Assembly: GCA_035492155.1 (NCBI GenBank)
Contig: DATJJL010000385.1
Location: 1 to 16,974, forward strand
Length of the DNA: 16,974 nucleotides
Source of the DNA: Ramlibacter sp.
GTDB taxonomy: Bacteria > Pseudomonadota > Gammaproteobacteria > Burkholderiales > Burkholderiaceae_C
Direction of reading: 5' to 3'
The notes under the pieces were generated by a model. It had not been told where the DNA came from and did not search any database. It saw only the letters and a list, made by a program, of their open reading frames with translations. Of the stretch, positions 1 to 6,810 are shown in pieces; within the stretch, counting starts at the first letter, position 1; each line of letters begins with the position of its first letter. Made by a program: the position numbers and the translations under genes.

Positions 1-2
1 GC

Positions 3-740
3 TTACTCTTCGCGCCAGTACGCGTACGTCCACGCGCGCTCGAAGCCGCAGCGCTTGTACACGCGCGTGGCAACGTCGTTTGCGACCTCCACCTGCAGCA
101 CGATGCGATCGTGATCTCGCCGGATCGCTTCGCGTGCCAGCGCAGCCAGCACGCGCGTGGCGAGCCCCTTGCCGCGATGCGCGAGCGCCGTGCGCATGCC
201 GTGAATGCTCGCCCAGCCATGACCGAAAGCGAGCACGCCGCCCGCGATCACTTCGCTGCCCTCGCGGACCCCGGCGAAAAGCGAGCCTTTCGCGCGCGTG
301 AGCGTCGCCACGCGGCTGGCGCCATCGACAAGATCGAAACCTTCACCGAGGAACACGCGGGTCCATGCATCGTTTGGTTCGGTGGCGATTTCAACGCTGC
401 CGTCTGCAACGCAAGCCACGTCATGCGCCATCGCGACCATCACCTGCGTCGGCTGCTTCGGGGGCAAGCCGAGACGATGCAATTCGCTTTCGACCGCTCG
501 CATCGCCGGCAACTGCGGCACGCGGAAGTTCGGCGCAATGCCGCGCACGCGGTAACGCTCGAAGATGTGCGCCACCGCATCTGCGTCGGGCTCGTCATGC
601 GAAAGCGGCACTGCACTGCGCGCGCGATTGACGGTGACATCGTCATATGCGACGAGCCAGCCGTTCAACTCTTCCACCTCGCGAGGTGCGACGGCGGCAA
701 CGGTTGCGCGCTCGATTCGTTCGACATCCGACTCGTTCAT
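3..740 (-). CDS. GNAT family N-acetyltransferase (about 245 aa, two-lobed type)
   Basis: ORF-track frame 3..1493(-) was trimmed to the internal ATG at 738-740 (MNESDVERIE...). The upstream part of that ORF is Arg/Gly-rich read-through and overlaps two better ORFs. The C-terminal half has a GNAT-like acetyl-CoA segment (HRGKGLATRVLAALA...VANDVATRVYKRCGFE). The N-terminal lobe carries the GWLV...NRARSAVPL motif seen in about 250-aa GNATs. Stop TAA at 3-5. Confidence 0.8.
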   Translation of the reverse strand: MNESDVERIERATVAAVAPREVEELNGWLVAYDDVTVNRARSAVPLSHDEPDADAVAHIFERYRVRGIAPNFRVPQLPAMRAVESELHRLGLPPKQPTQVMVAMAHDVACVADGSVEIATEPNDAWTRVFLGEGFDLVDGASRVATLTRAKGSLFAGVREGSEVIAGGVLAFGHGWASIHGMRTALAHRGKGLATRVLAALAREAIRRDHDRIVLQVEVANDVATRVYKRCGFERAWTYAYWREE

Positions 741-769
741 TGCCCGATCAGTGTAGCCGCCGCGCCGGA

Positions 770-1066
770 TCAGAATTTGTTGGCGACGCCCTTTTCCAAC
801 ACGGCCGCCGTGCTGGTCAGCCCGAGCGCCGTCGTATCCAGTTGCGCGCCCAGCGTCTGCAGCGCCACGAGGTTCGCGGCCGTCATACCGTCGCCGGCAC
901 CGTTCGGCCCCATCACTTCGGCGAACTTGGCGCCGGCTTGCGCCTGCAGGCTTTCGACCACGGAGACGGCCGCTACCACGGCACCGAGCCCCGAGGGCGA
1001 CGACGTTGTCGAAGAAGTTGCAGGCGTGATGGACAGGGCAGGGGAAGTTGCAGCGATGTTGGCCAT
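770..1066 (-). CDS. hypothetical small protein (98 aa), Ala/Thr/Ser/Gly-rich, no Cys/Trp/Tyr/His
   Basis: Complete ORF with a GGAG Shine-Dalgarno 8 nt upstream of the ATG (1064-1066). GC3-biased codon usage matches the neighbouring genes. It has a Ser/Thr/Pro-rich N-terminus, then a hydrophobic stretch LGAVVAAVSVV and an amphipathic C-terminus ending ...LEKGVANKF. I recognise no family. Confidence 0.6.
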   Translation of the reverse strand: MANIAATSPALSITPATSSTTSSPSGLGAVVAAVSVVESLQAQAGAKFAEVMGPNGAGDGMTAANLVALQTLGAQLDTTALGLTSTAAVLEKGVANKF

Positions 1067-1093
1067 GGGCGAATCTCCAGCGGATGGAATGGG

Positions 1094-1378
1094 TCAAACG
1101 GAGCGGCGTTGCGCGACGTAGCGCGACACCGGATTGGAAGGAGTGGCTTGCGCGACCTTGCGTTCCACTTCTTCCTGGACGAGGCGAAGTTTTTCGCGAA
1201 CGCTGCGCTGCACCGTTTCGACTGCGGCGTCGCCTTCCGCGCGGCGCAGCGCTTCGAGTCCACTGGCAGTCGACATGCCGGCCGCGGCCAGCGCCTGCGC
1301 GCTGCGCTCGAGGGCCCTGCGCGCTTGATCGATGATCCGGTGCGGGTCCAGGTGGCTCAGGTCTTCCTGCGGATTCAT
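1094..1378 (-). CDS. hypothetical small protein (94 aa), predicted helical, charged
   Basis: Complete ORF with a strong GGAGG Shine-Dalgarno 4 nt upstream of the ATG (1376-1378) and GC3-biased codons. It lies 27 nt upstream of the 98-aa gene on the same strand. I recognise no family. Confidence 0.6.
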   Translation of the reverse strand: MNPQEDLSHLDPHRIIDQARRALERSAQALAAAGMSTASGLEALRRAEGDAAVETVQRSVREKLRLVQEEVERKVAQATPSNPVSRYVAQRRSV

Positions 1379-1515
1379 GGTGCCTCCAGGGGCTGTCGAT
1401 GTGCTTTAAGTGACGGCGGCGGCGAACCGGTTCCATGCATCCGCGCACGCGCCGGGAAACGAATTGTTTTTTAGGTAGCATGCCAACCTGCAATCAATAT
1501 ATTCAGGAGACATTC

Positions 1516-2616
1516 ATGCGTTTCGGGCTTGCTCCCGTTCTTCTGCTTGCCGCGTTTCCGGCGGTGGCCGCCGAAATCGTCATCGGGCAGTCGGCGCCTC
1601 TTTCCGGCTCCAATGCGGAACTGGGCAATGACATCCGCAACGGCGCGCTCGCCTATTTCAAGAAGGTGAACGACGCCGGCGGGCTGCCGCAAGGAAAGAT
1701 CCGTTTCGTCACTTTGGACGACAAGAACCAGACCAAGCTCTCCGAAGAAAACACGAAGAAGCTCGTGAACGAAGAGCGTGTTGTCGCGCTGTTCGGTTAT
1801 GCGTCGTCCACGCTCAGCATCCCGGCGATGCCCACCGTCGCGCAGATGAAGGTGCCGTTCTTCGCTCCTTTCACGGGTGCCGACACGATTCGCAAGCAGA
1901 ACGATTACGTTTACACCGTTCGTTCAAGCTATGCCGACGAGATCGGCAAGATCGTGAACTTCTGGGGCAACCTGGGCAGCACGCGCGTCGCGGTCCTGCA
2001 CTACGACGACAAGGTCGGCAAGGAAAACTACGACACCGTCGCGCAAGCGCTCAAGAAGTTCGGCAGCACTCCGACTTCGATCGCCGTCAAGCGCAACACC
2101 GACGTTGCCGCCGAACAGGTGAAGCAAGTGCTGGACGCCAATCCGAACGTCCTGCTCGTCACCACGTCGTATGCGCCCGCTGCGCAGCTGGTGAAGCAGC
2201 TCAAGGGTTCAGGAAAGCAGTACATGGTCACGAGCTTGTCGTTCGCGGGTGCGAGCCAGCTCGGCAAGGCACTCGGGCCTGATGCCACGGGAGTTTCCGT
2301 TGCCATCGACGTGCCGGCCCCGCGCGCGCAGACGATCCCGGTCGTTCATGAATGCACCGAAGCCTGGGCTGCCGCAGGCCAGAAGGAGCCGATGTCGGTG
2401 ACTGCGATGGAATCGTGCATCGCCGCGAAAGTGCTGGTCGAGGGAATGAGGCACGCCGGCAAGGAAGTCACGCGTGCGTCACTGCAACATTCCCTGGACG
2501 GCCTCGGCCGCTATGACGCCGGCGGCTATGTCGTGCAGTTCAAGCCCGGCTCGCACTACAGCGGCACCTTCGTGAGCATCGCGTTGCTCACGCCCAGCGG
2601 CGAAGTGCGGGAGTGA
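1516..2616 (+). CDS. ABC transporter periplasmic substrate-binding protein, type-1 PBP (Leu/Ile/Val-binding-like family)
   Basis: ORF 1435..2616 trimmed to the ATG at 1516, which is preceded by AGGAGA (1505-1510). It has a signal peptide MRFGLAPVLLLAAFPAVAA/EIVIGQSAPLSGSNAELG, and the N-terminal motif is typical of LivK/amide-binding-type SBPs. No permease or ATPase genes are adjacent. Confidence 0.85.
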   Translation: MRFGLAPVLLLAAFPAVAAEIVIGQSAPLSGSNAELGNDIRNGALAYFKKVNDAGGLPQGKIRFVTLDDKNQTKLSEENTKKLVNEERVVALFGYASSTLSIPAMPTVAQMKVPFFAPFTGADTIRKQNDYVYTVRSSYADEIGKIVNFWGNLGSTRVAVLHYDDKVGKENYDTVAQALKKFGSTPTSIAVKRNTDVAAEQVKQVLDANPNVLLVTTSYAPAAQLVKQLKGSGKQYMVTSLSFAGASQLGKALGPDATGVSVAIDVPAPRAQTIPVVHECTEAWAAAGQKEPMSVTAMESCIAAKVLVEGMRHAGKEVTRASLQHSLDGLGRYDAGGYVVQFKPGSHYSGTFVSIALLTPSGEVRE

Positions 2617-2637
2617 TCGGCGGCGCGACGCCGGTGC

Positions 2638-3147
2638 TCAGCGCATCACCGGCTCGTCGGGCAGCTCGTTCGGGTTGGCTTCGCCCGGCGCGAGCGGAAA
2701 GTGAAGCTCCAGCAGCGAGGTGACCGCGTCGATGGCCTGCGTGAGGCCTTCCTCGTAGCGGCCTGCGCGGAATGCGCCTTGCATCGTCCCGACGATTCGT
2801 TGCCATTCGCCCGCGGGCACACATGACGTGAGGCCGCGGTCCGCGACGATCTCGATCGCGCGTTCGGCCACGAGCAAGTAGATCAACACGCCGTTGTTGT
2901 GCTGCGTGTCCCACACGCGCAGCTTGCCGAAGAGGGCGACTGCGCGCTCGCGCGGTCCGGCATCGCGCATCACATAGCTCGTGGGCAAGCCTGCTTCGAC
3001 GCACACGCGAAGCTCGCCGCTGTGATGTTGCTCGCTCGATGCGACGCGCTGCGTGAGCCGCTCGACCACCGCACGCGGGATGACGCGGCGCGAATCGTCG
3101 TGCCAGCGATGTCGCAGAAGGCGTGCGATGCGCTTGTGCCAGGCCAT
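2638..3147 (-). CDS. TPM domain-containing protein (cytoplasmic; third gene of the LemA/TPM module)
   Basis: ORF 2638..3507 trimmed to the ATG at 3145-3147 (MAWHKRIARLL...). The start overlaps the upstream stop by 1 nt (TGATG). The core GELRVCVE...WDTQHNNGVLIYLLVAERAIEIVADRG matches the TPM/DUF477-type fold. There is no signal peptide. Confidence 0.8.
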   Translation of the reverse strand: MAWHKRIARLLRHRWHDDSRRVIPRAVVERLTQRVASSEQHHSGELRVCVEAGLPTSYVMRDAGPRERAVALFGKLRVWDTQHNNGVLIYLLVAERAIEIVADRGLTSCVPAGEWQRIVGTMQGAFRAGRYEEGLTQAIDAVTSLLELHFPLAPGEANPNELPDEPVMR

Positions 3148-4064
3148 CACCAGTTCCCCGAGGCGCCGCCGCCTCCGAAATCGCCGCCGCCACCCGATCC
3201 GCCCCAGCCGCCTGCGCCACCACCGAAGCCTCCGCCGAACCCACCCCCACGGCCGAATCCGCCCCCGCCGATCCACGGGCCGCCTACCGACGGTGCGATG
3301 CGCCCGCCGAAGCCGCTGACCAGCGTGAAGAACAGCGCGACGAGACCCGCAAGACCTGCAACCAGCATGCTCGAAGTGATCAGCAGCGCGAGCCCGCCGA
3401 CGGCGCCACCGGTAACGATGGAGCCCAGCGGCCGACCGAAGATCGCGCGCAGCACGCGTCCGGCGACGAACACGCCGACAAAAAGGAAGATCGCGAGGTC
3501 GCCCCAATCGAACCCGTGGCCCGTCGTGCGCTGCGGCTTGTGAGTCTGCGCAGGTGCCGGAAGCGGTTCGCCATTGATCCGCGCGATCAGCTGGTCGACG
3601 CCGTCACGCAAGCCGCCCGCGAAATCCCCTTGCTTGAATTTCGGGATCATCACGTCGTCGATGATGTTCTTGGCCGCGAGATCCGGAATCGCGCCTTCCA
3701 GCGCCTTCGCGACTTCGATGCGCACCTTGTGATCGTCCTTCGCCACGACGATCAGCACGCCATCGCCCACACCTTTGCGCCCTATCTTCCACGCGTTGCC
3801 CACGCGATTGGCAAAGCTTGCGTCGTCTTCCGGATGCGTCGTGGCGACCATGAGGATTGCCATCTGCGAGCCCTTCGATTGCTCGAAGGCCATGAGCTTG
3901 TCCTCCAGGCCCTTGATCTGGATCGCATCAAGCGTGCCCGTCTGGTCGATGACGTGCGCCGTGAGCGGCGGGATGGGCTGGAGATTTTGCGCTTGCGCCA
4001 GCGCGCACAAACACAGAACGCAGAGTGCGCAGAGTAAACGCAGAGTGCGCAGAGATTTATTCAT
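3147..4064 (-). CDS. TPM domain-containing protein, YgcG-like (signal peptide, TPM domain, TM segments, Gly-rich tail)
   Basis: 305-aa ORF. The signal peptide is MNKSLRTLRLLCALCVLCLCALAQA/Q. The TPM core is VIDQTGTL...ILMVATT...GVLIVVAKDDHKVRIEV. Hydrophobic segments follow, then a C-terminal tail GGGGFGRGGGFGGGFGGG...GGGGASGNW typical of this family. Confidence 0.85.
   Translation of the reverse strand: MNKSLRTLRLLCALCVLCLCALAQAQNLQPIPPLTAHVIDQTGTLDAIQIKGLEDKLMAFEQSKGSQMAILMVATTHPEDDASFANRVGNAWKIGRKGVGDGVLIVVAKDDHKVRIEVAKALEGAIPDLAAKNIIDDVMIPKFKQGDFAGGLRDGVDQLIARINGEPLPAPAQTHKPQRTTGHGFDWGDLAIFLFVGVFVAGRVLRAIFGRPLGSIVTGGAVGGLALLITSSMLVAGLAGLVALFFTLVSGFGGRIAPSVGGPWIGGGGFGRGGGFGGGFGGGAGGWGGSGGGGDFGGGGASGNW
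3150..3284 (-). repeat. Low-complexity Gly-rich (GGGF-type) coding repeat at the 3' end of the YgcG-like gene
   Basis: The + strand shows reiterated ccgcc/ccacc/gaagcc units. These translate on the minus strand to a tail of about 45 aa made of Gly/Phe/Trp. The same units produce a spurious Pro-rich ORF on the + strand. Confidence 0.7.
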
Positions 4065-4116
4065 GAAATTCTTCTGTGTCCTCTGCGAAACCTCTGCGCC
4101 CTCTGCGTTCGGCTGT
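4011..4116. mobile_element. Cargo-less (MITE/REP-like) inverted-repeat element of the ACAGCCGAAC + CGCAGAG-heptamer family
   Basis: The left arm (4011-4054) is ACACAGAAC plus 4 CGCAGAG copies at 4019, 4028, 4039 and 4048. The right arm (4081-4116) has 3 CTCTGCG copies at 4081, 4092 and 4101, followed by TTCGGCTGT. The reverse complement of 4092-4108 matches 4038-4054 and 4018-4034 at 16/17. The reverse complement of 4092-4116 matches the cassette arm 8841-8865 at 23/25. Confidence 0.5.
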
Positions 4117-4124
4117 CCGCGTGT

Positions 4125-4724
4125 TTACTTCTTCGCCCCGAAGTCCACCGTCGGCGGCTTAGAGATCTGCGCTTCGTTCTCCACCGTGAAGTTCGCCTTC
4201 GGCTGGTAGTGGAACATCATCGCGGTGAGGTTCGTCGGGAAGCTGCGTGCGAGCACGTTGTACTGCTGCACCGTCTGGATATACCGGTTGCGCGCGACCG
4301 TGATGCGGTTTTCCGTGCCTTCGAGCTGCACGCGCAAATCGCGGAAAGACTGGTTGGCCTTCAAGTCGGGGTAACGCTCCGATACTGCGAGCAGCCGACT
4401 GAGCGCGCCGGTGAGCTGCGATTGCGCCTGCTGGAACTGCTGCATCTTCTGCGGGTCGTTCAGCATGTCGGGCGTGACCTGGATCGACGTCGCTTTCGCG
4501 CGCGCCTCGACAACTTTCGTGAGTGTGTCCTGCTCGAAATTCGCCTCGCCCTTCACTGTCGCGACGAGGTTGGGGACGAGGTCGGCGCGCCGCTGGTACT
4601 GGTTGAGCACCTCGCTCCACGCGGCCTTGGTCTGCTCATCGAGCCGCTGGAAATCGTTGTAGCCGCAGCCGCCCAGCACAAGAGTCGTGAGGACTGCTGC
4701 GAGGATCAGGAGCCAGCGCTTCAT
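4125..4724 (-). CDS. lemA: LemA family protein (lipoprotein)
   Basis: 199-aa ORF. The lipobox is LVLGG/C. The canonical LemA core is present (AWSEVLNQYQRRADLVPNLV...RYPDLKANQSFRDLRVQLEGTENRITVARNRYIQTVQQYN). Confidence 0.9.
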   Translation of the reverse strand: MKRWLLILAAVLTTLVLGGCGYNDFQRLDEQTKAAWSEVLNQYQRRADLVPNLVATVKGEANFEQDTLTKVVEARAKATSIQVTPDMLNDPQKMQQFQQAQSQLTGALSRLLAVSERYPDLKANQSFRDLRVQLEGTENRITVARNRYIQTVQQYNVLARSFPTNLTAMMFHYQPKANFTVENEAQISKPPTVDFGAKK

Positions 4725-4871
4725 GGTTTGTCGCCTTTCGATTTAACCGCAAACGGTAGCATAGATGGATGCCGGATTCGTCGATTCAAGGCGCCTTGGT
4801 GATCGCAGGCGCCGTGAGCAAGTGGGTCGAAGCGTGAATGGCACAATGACCGGCAACGTTCCATCCGCTAC

Positions 4872-5327
4872 ATGGCCACCCGCAAGAGCAAGCTGCAAGC
4901 CGCCAACCTCGAAGGCGATGCCGACGACATCGAAGCCGCGTTCTACGACGCGCTGCAAGGCGGCGACATCGACAAGCTCATGGCCTGCTGGGCCGACGAG
5001 GACGAGATCGTCTGCATTCATCCGGGCGGCCCGCGCGTCGTCGGCGCGATCGCGATCCGTGCAACGTTCGAAGCGATGTTCGCCAACGGCAGCATCCGCG
5101 CGTGGCCGCAGCAGGTCCGCAAGACGCAAGGCATCGCCAGCTGTGTGCACAACGTGCTCGAACGTGTCGAGGTGCTCGGCCCCGACGGCCTCGCGCAGGC
5201 GTGGGTGATCGCAACGAACGTTTATCACAAGACGACGCAAGGCTGGCGCCTGGTGGCGCACCACGCAAGCCCCGGCACGCCCAGCGAGATCCAGGAAGTC
5301 TCCGGCTCGCCGCAGATCCTCCACTGA
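4872..5327 (+). CDS. NTF2-like / SnoaL-like (DUF4440-type) protein
   Basis: 151-aa ORF. DIEAAFYDALQGGDIDKLMACWADEDEIVCIHPGG...GWRLVAHHAS resembles NTF2-fold DUF4440/YybH-like proteins. It is divergent from lemA and 5 nt upstream of the hydrolase gene. Confidence 0.7.
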   Translation: MATRKSKLQAANLEGDADDIEAAFYDALQGGDIDKLMACWADEDEIVCIHPGGPRVVGAIAIRATFEAMFANGSIRAWPQQVRKTQGIASCVHNVLERVEVLGPDGLAQAWVIATNVYHKTTQGWRLVAHHASPGTPSEIQEVSGSPQILH

Positions 5328-5332
5328 TCCAA

Positions 5333-6334
5333 GTGCAAGATTACAAGGCGCCGTGGTGGTTGCCGGGGGGCAACCTGCAGACGATCTGGCCGGCGCTTTA
5401 CGCGAAGCGATATTTCGGCGCGCATCCGCAATACCGGCGCGAGCGATGGATTACGCCCGACGGCGATTTCGTCGACGCCGACTGGCTCGTCTCGCCGAAG
5501 CGAAGCGACACGCTGCTCGTGCTGTTCCACGGTCTCGAAGGTTCATCGCGCAGCCATTACTCGGAGGCTTTCGCGGACTTCTGCGCGGAGCGCGGCATCT
5601 CGTTCGTGATCCCGCACTTCCGCGGTTGCGGCGGCGAGATCAACATCGGCCCGCGCGCCTACCACTCGGGCGACCACGAGGAGATCGGCTGGATGCTCGC
5701 GCGCCTGCGCGAAATGCATCGCGGCGCGATAGTTTCCGTCGGCATCTCGCTGGGCGGCAATGCGCTGATGCGCTGGGCGGGCGAGCAGGGCGAGCGCGCG
5801 CGAGATTTCGTGGAGGCGGTCGCATCGGTCTGCTCGCCGCTGGACCTCGCGGCCGGATCGGTTGCGATCGGCAGCGGCTTCAACCGCCTCGTCTACACCA
5901 GGATGTTCCTGCGCACGATGAAGCCGAAGGCGCTGCGCAAGCTCGAGCAGCATCCCGGTCTTTTCGACGGGGTCAAGCTCGCGGCTGCACGCGACCTTTA
6001 CGAGTTCGACGACATCTTCACCGCGCCGCTGCACGGCTTCGCGAACGCCGACGACTACTACGCGCGCGCCTCGGCCAAGCCTCACCTGCATCGCATCCGT
6101 ATCCCGGCGCTCGCGCTCAACGCTCGCAACGATCCCTTCGTGCCTGCAGCGAGCGTGCCGACTCAGGAAGACCTCGGATCATGCGTCACGCTGTGGCAGC
6201 CGCGCGAGGGCGGCCACGTCGGCTTTCCGGATGGGCACCTTCCCGGGCACGTGCGCCGCATGCCCGATGAGGTGGGCACATGGCTGCTTGCGCATTCGTC
6301 CTACGGCCACGCTGCTGTCGACGCGCGAGCATGA
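5333..6334 (+). CDS. alpha/beta hydrolase, YheT-like
   Basis: ORF 5102..6334 trimmed to the GTG at 5333 (MQDYKAPWWLPGGNLQTIW...). The upstream part overlaps the previous gene out of frame. Motifs present: HGLEGS oxyanion motif, GISLGGN nucleophile elbow, and a C-terminal GGHVGF His. Start choice is uncertain because there is no clear SD. Confidence 0.8.
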   Translation: MQDYKAPWWLPGGNLQTIWPALYAKRYFGAHPQYRRERWITPDGDFVDADWLVSPKRSDTLLVLFHGLEGSSRSHYSEAFADFCAERGISFVIPHFRGCGGEINIGPRAYHSGDHEEIGWMLARLREMHRGAIVSVGISLGGNALMRWAGEQGERARDFVEAVASVCSPLDLAAGSVAIGSGFNRLVYTRMFLRTMKPKALRKLEQHPGLFDGVKLAAARDLYEFDDIFTAPLHGFANADDYYARASAKPHLHRIRIPALALNARNDPFVPAASVPTQEDLGSCVTLWQPREGGHVGFPDGHLPGHVRRMPDEVGTWLLAHSSYGHAAVDARA

Positions 6335-6338
6335 GCTC

Positions 6339-6806
6339 ATGGATCGCGAGCAGGAGAAGACGGTCGAGCTCGACGATGCGGTGAGCTATGCGCTCGACGA
6401 GGCGCGCATGGTCCTGCCGGGCATCCAGGCCTTGTTCGGCTTCCAGCTCGTCGCGGTTTTCGACGAGCGTTTCAACGAGATTTTCGGCGCTTGGGGCCAA
6501 TGGCTGCACCTCGCGGCGCTGGTGCTTGTCGCGCTTGCATGCGCGTTGGCGATGACGCCGGCTGCGTTTCACCGGCAAAACGACCACGGCAAGGTCTCGC
6601 GCGAGTTGCTGGACATCAGCTCGATGTTCATCGGCGCCGCGATGATTCCCTTGTTGGCCGCGATCTCGATCGACGTGGGCTTGGTGACCTATGTCGTGAG
6701 CGAGAGCGACGCGGCCAGCGTCGCGCTTGGCGGTGCGTGCGCGATCGTCTTCGCCGGGCTGTGGATCGTGTTCCCGCGCTTTGGCCGCAGCAGGCGACGC
6801 CGTTAG
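6339..6806 (+). CDS. DUF6328-like integral membrane protein
   Basis: ORF 6231..6806 trimmed to the ATG at 6339 (MDREQEK...), 4 nt after the hydrolase stop. An acidic N-terminus is followed by PGIQALFGFQLVAVFDERF and three or more hydrophobic helices. The tail RFGRSRRRR is basic. Family assignment is from memory of the motif only. Confidence 0.6.
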   Translation: MDREQEKTVELDDAVSYALDEARMVLPGIQALFGFQLVAVFDERFNEIFGAWGQWLHLAALVLVALACALAMTPAAFHRQNDHGKVSRELLDISSMFIGAAMIPLLAAISIDVGLVTYVVSESDAASVALGGACAIVFAGLWIVFPRFGRSRRRR

Positions 6807-6810
6807 AAGG

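Noticed and set aside
741-1493. N-terminal 250 codons of the 496-aa track ORF 3..1493(-), which would give a much longer GNAT protein
   Set aside because: The extension is Arg/Gly/Pro-rich with no domain character. It overlaps two SD-preceded small ORFs in other frames. The GNAT homology starts at the internal ATG 738-740.
1379-1515. Shared GGTAGCAT octamer at about 1477 and about 4761 in two divergent promoter regions, considered as a possible common -10 or operator
   Set aside because: Two occurrences of an 8-mer cannot be distinguished from chance without genome-wide statistics. No convincing -35 partner at proper spacing was found.
2617-2637. Possible bidirectional terminator in the 21-nt spacer between the convergent SBP and TPM genes
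   Set aside because: Only a 5-bp CGGCG/CGCCG stem can form, with no flanking T or A runs. That is not enough to call a terminator.
2899-4037. Plus-strand ORFs 2899..3543 (Pro-rich PPPPKSPPPPDPPQPPAPPP...) and 3123..4037
   Set aside because: These are the mirror image of the Gly-rich tail and the TPM coding region on the minus strand. The proline run is simply the complement of GGN codons.
4019-4107. Short tandem repeats that might suggest a CRISPR array or VNTR (also at 8850-8876 and 9210-9245)
   Set aside because: The repeat units are 7 nt with 9-11 nt periodicity, and they are arranged as inverted arms. There are no 25-40 nt repeats with unique spacers. They are interpreted as REP/MITE-like arms instead.
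4839-4855. Sigma-54-like TGGCAC-N5 element upstream of the NTF2-like gene
   Set aside because: The -12 half is CCGGC, which is a poor match to TTGCW. The -24-like TGGCAC alone is expected by chance in GC-rich DNA.
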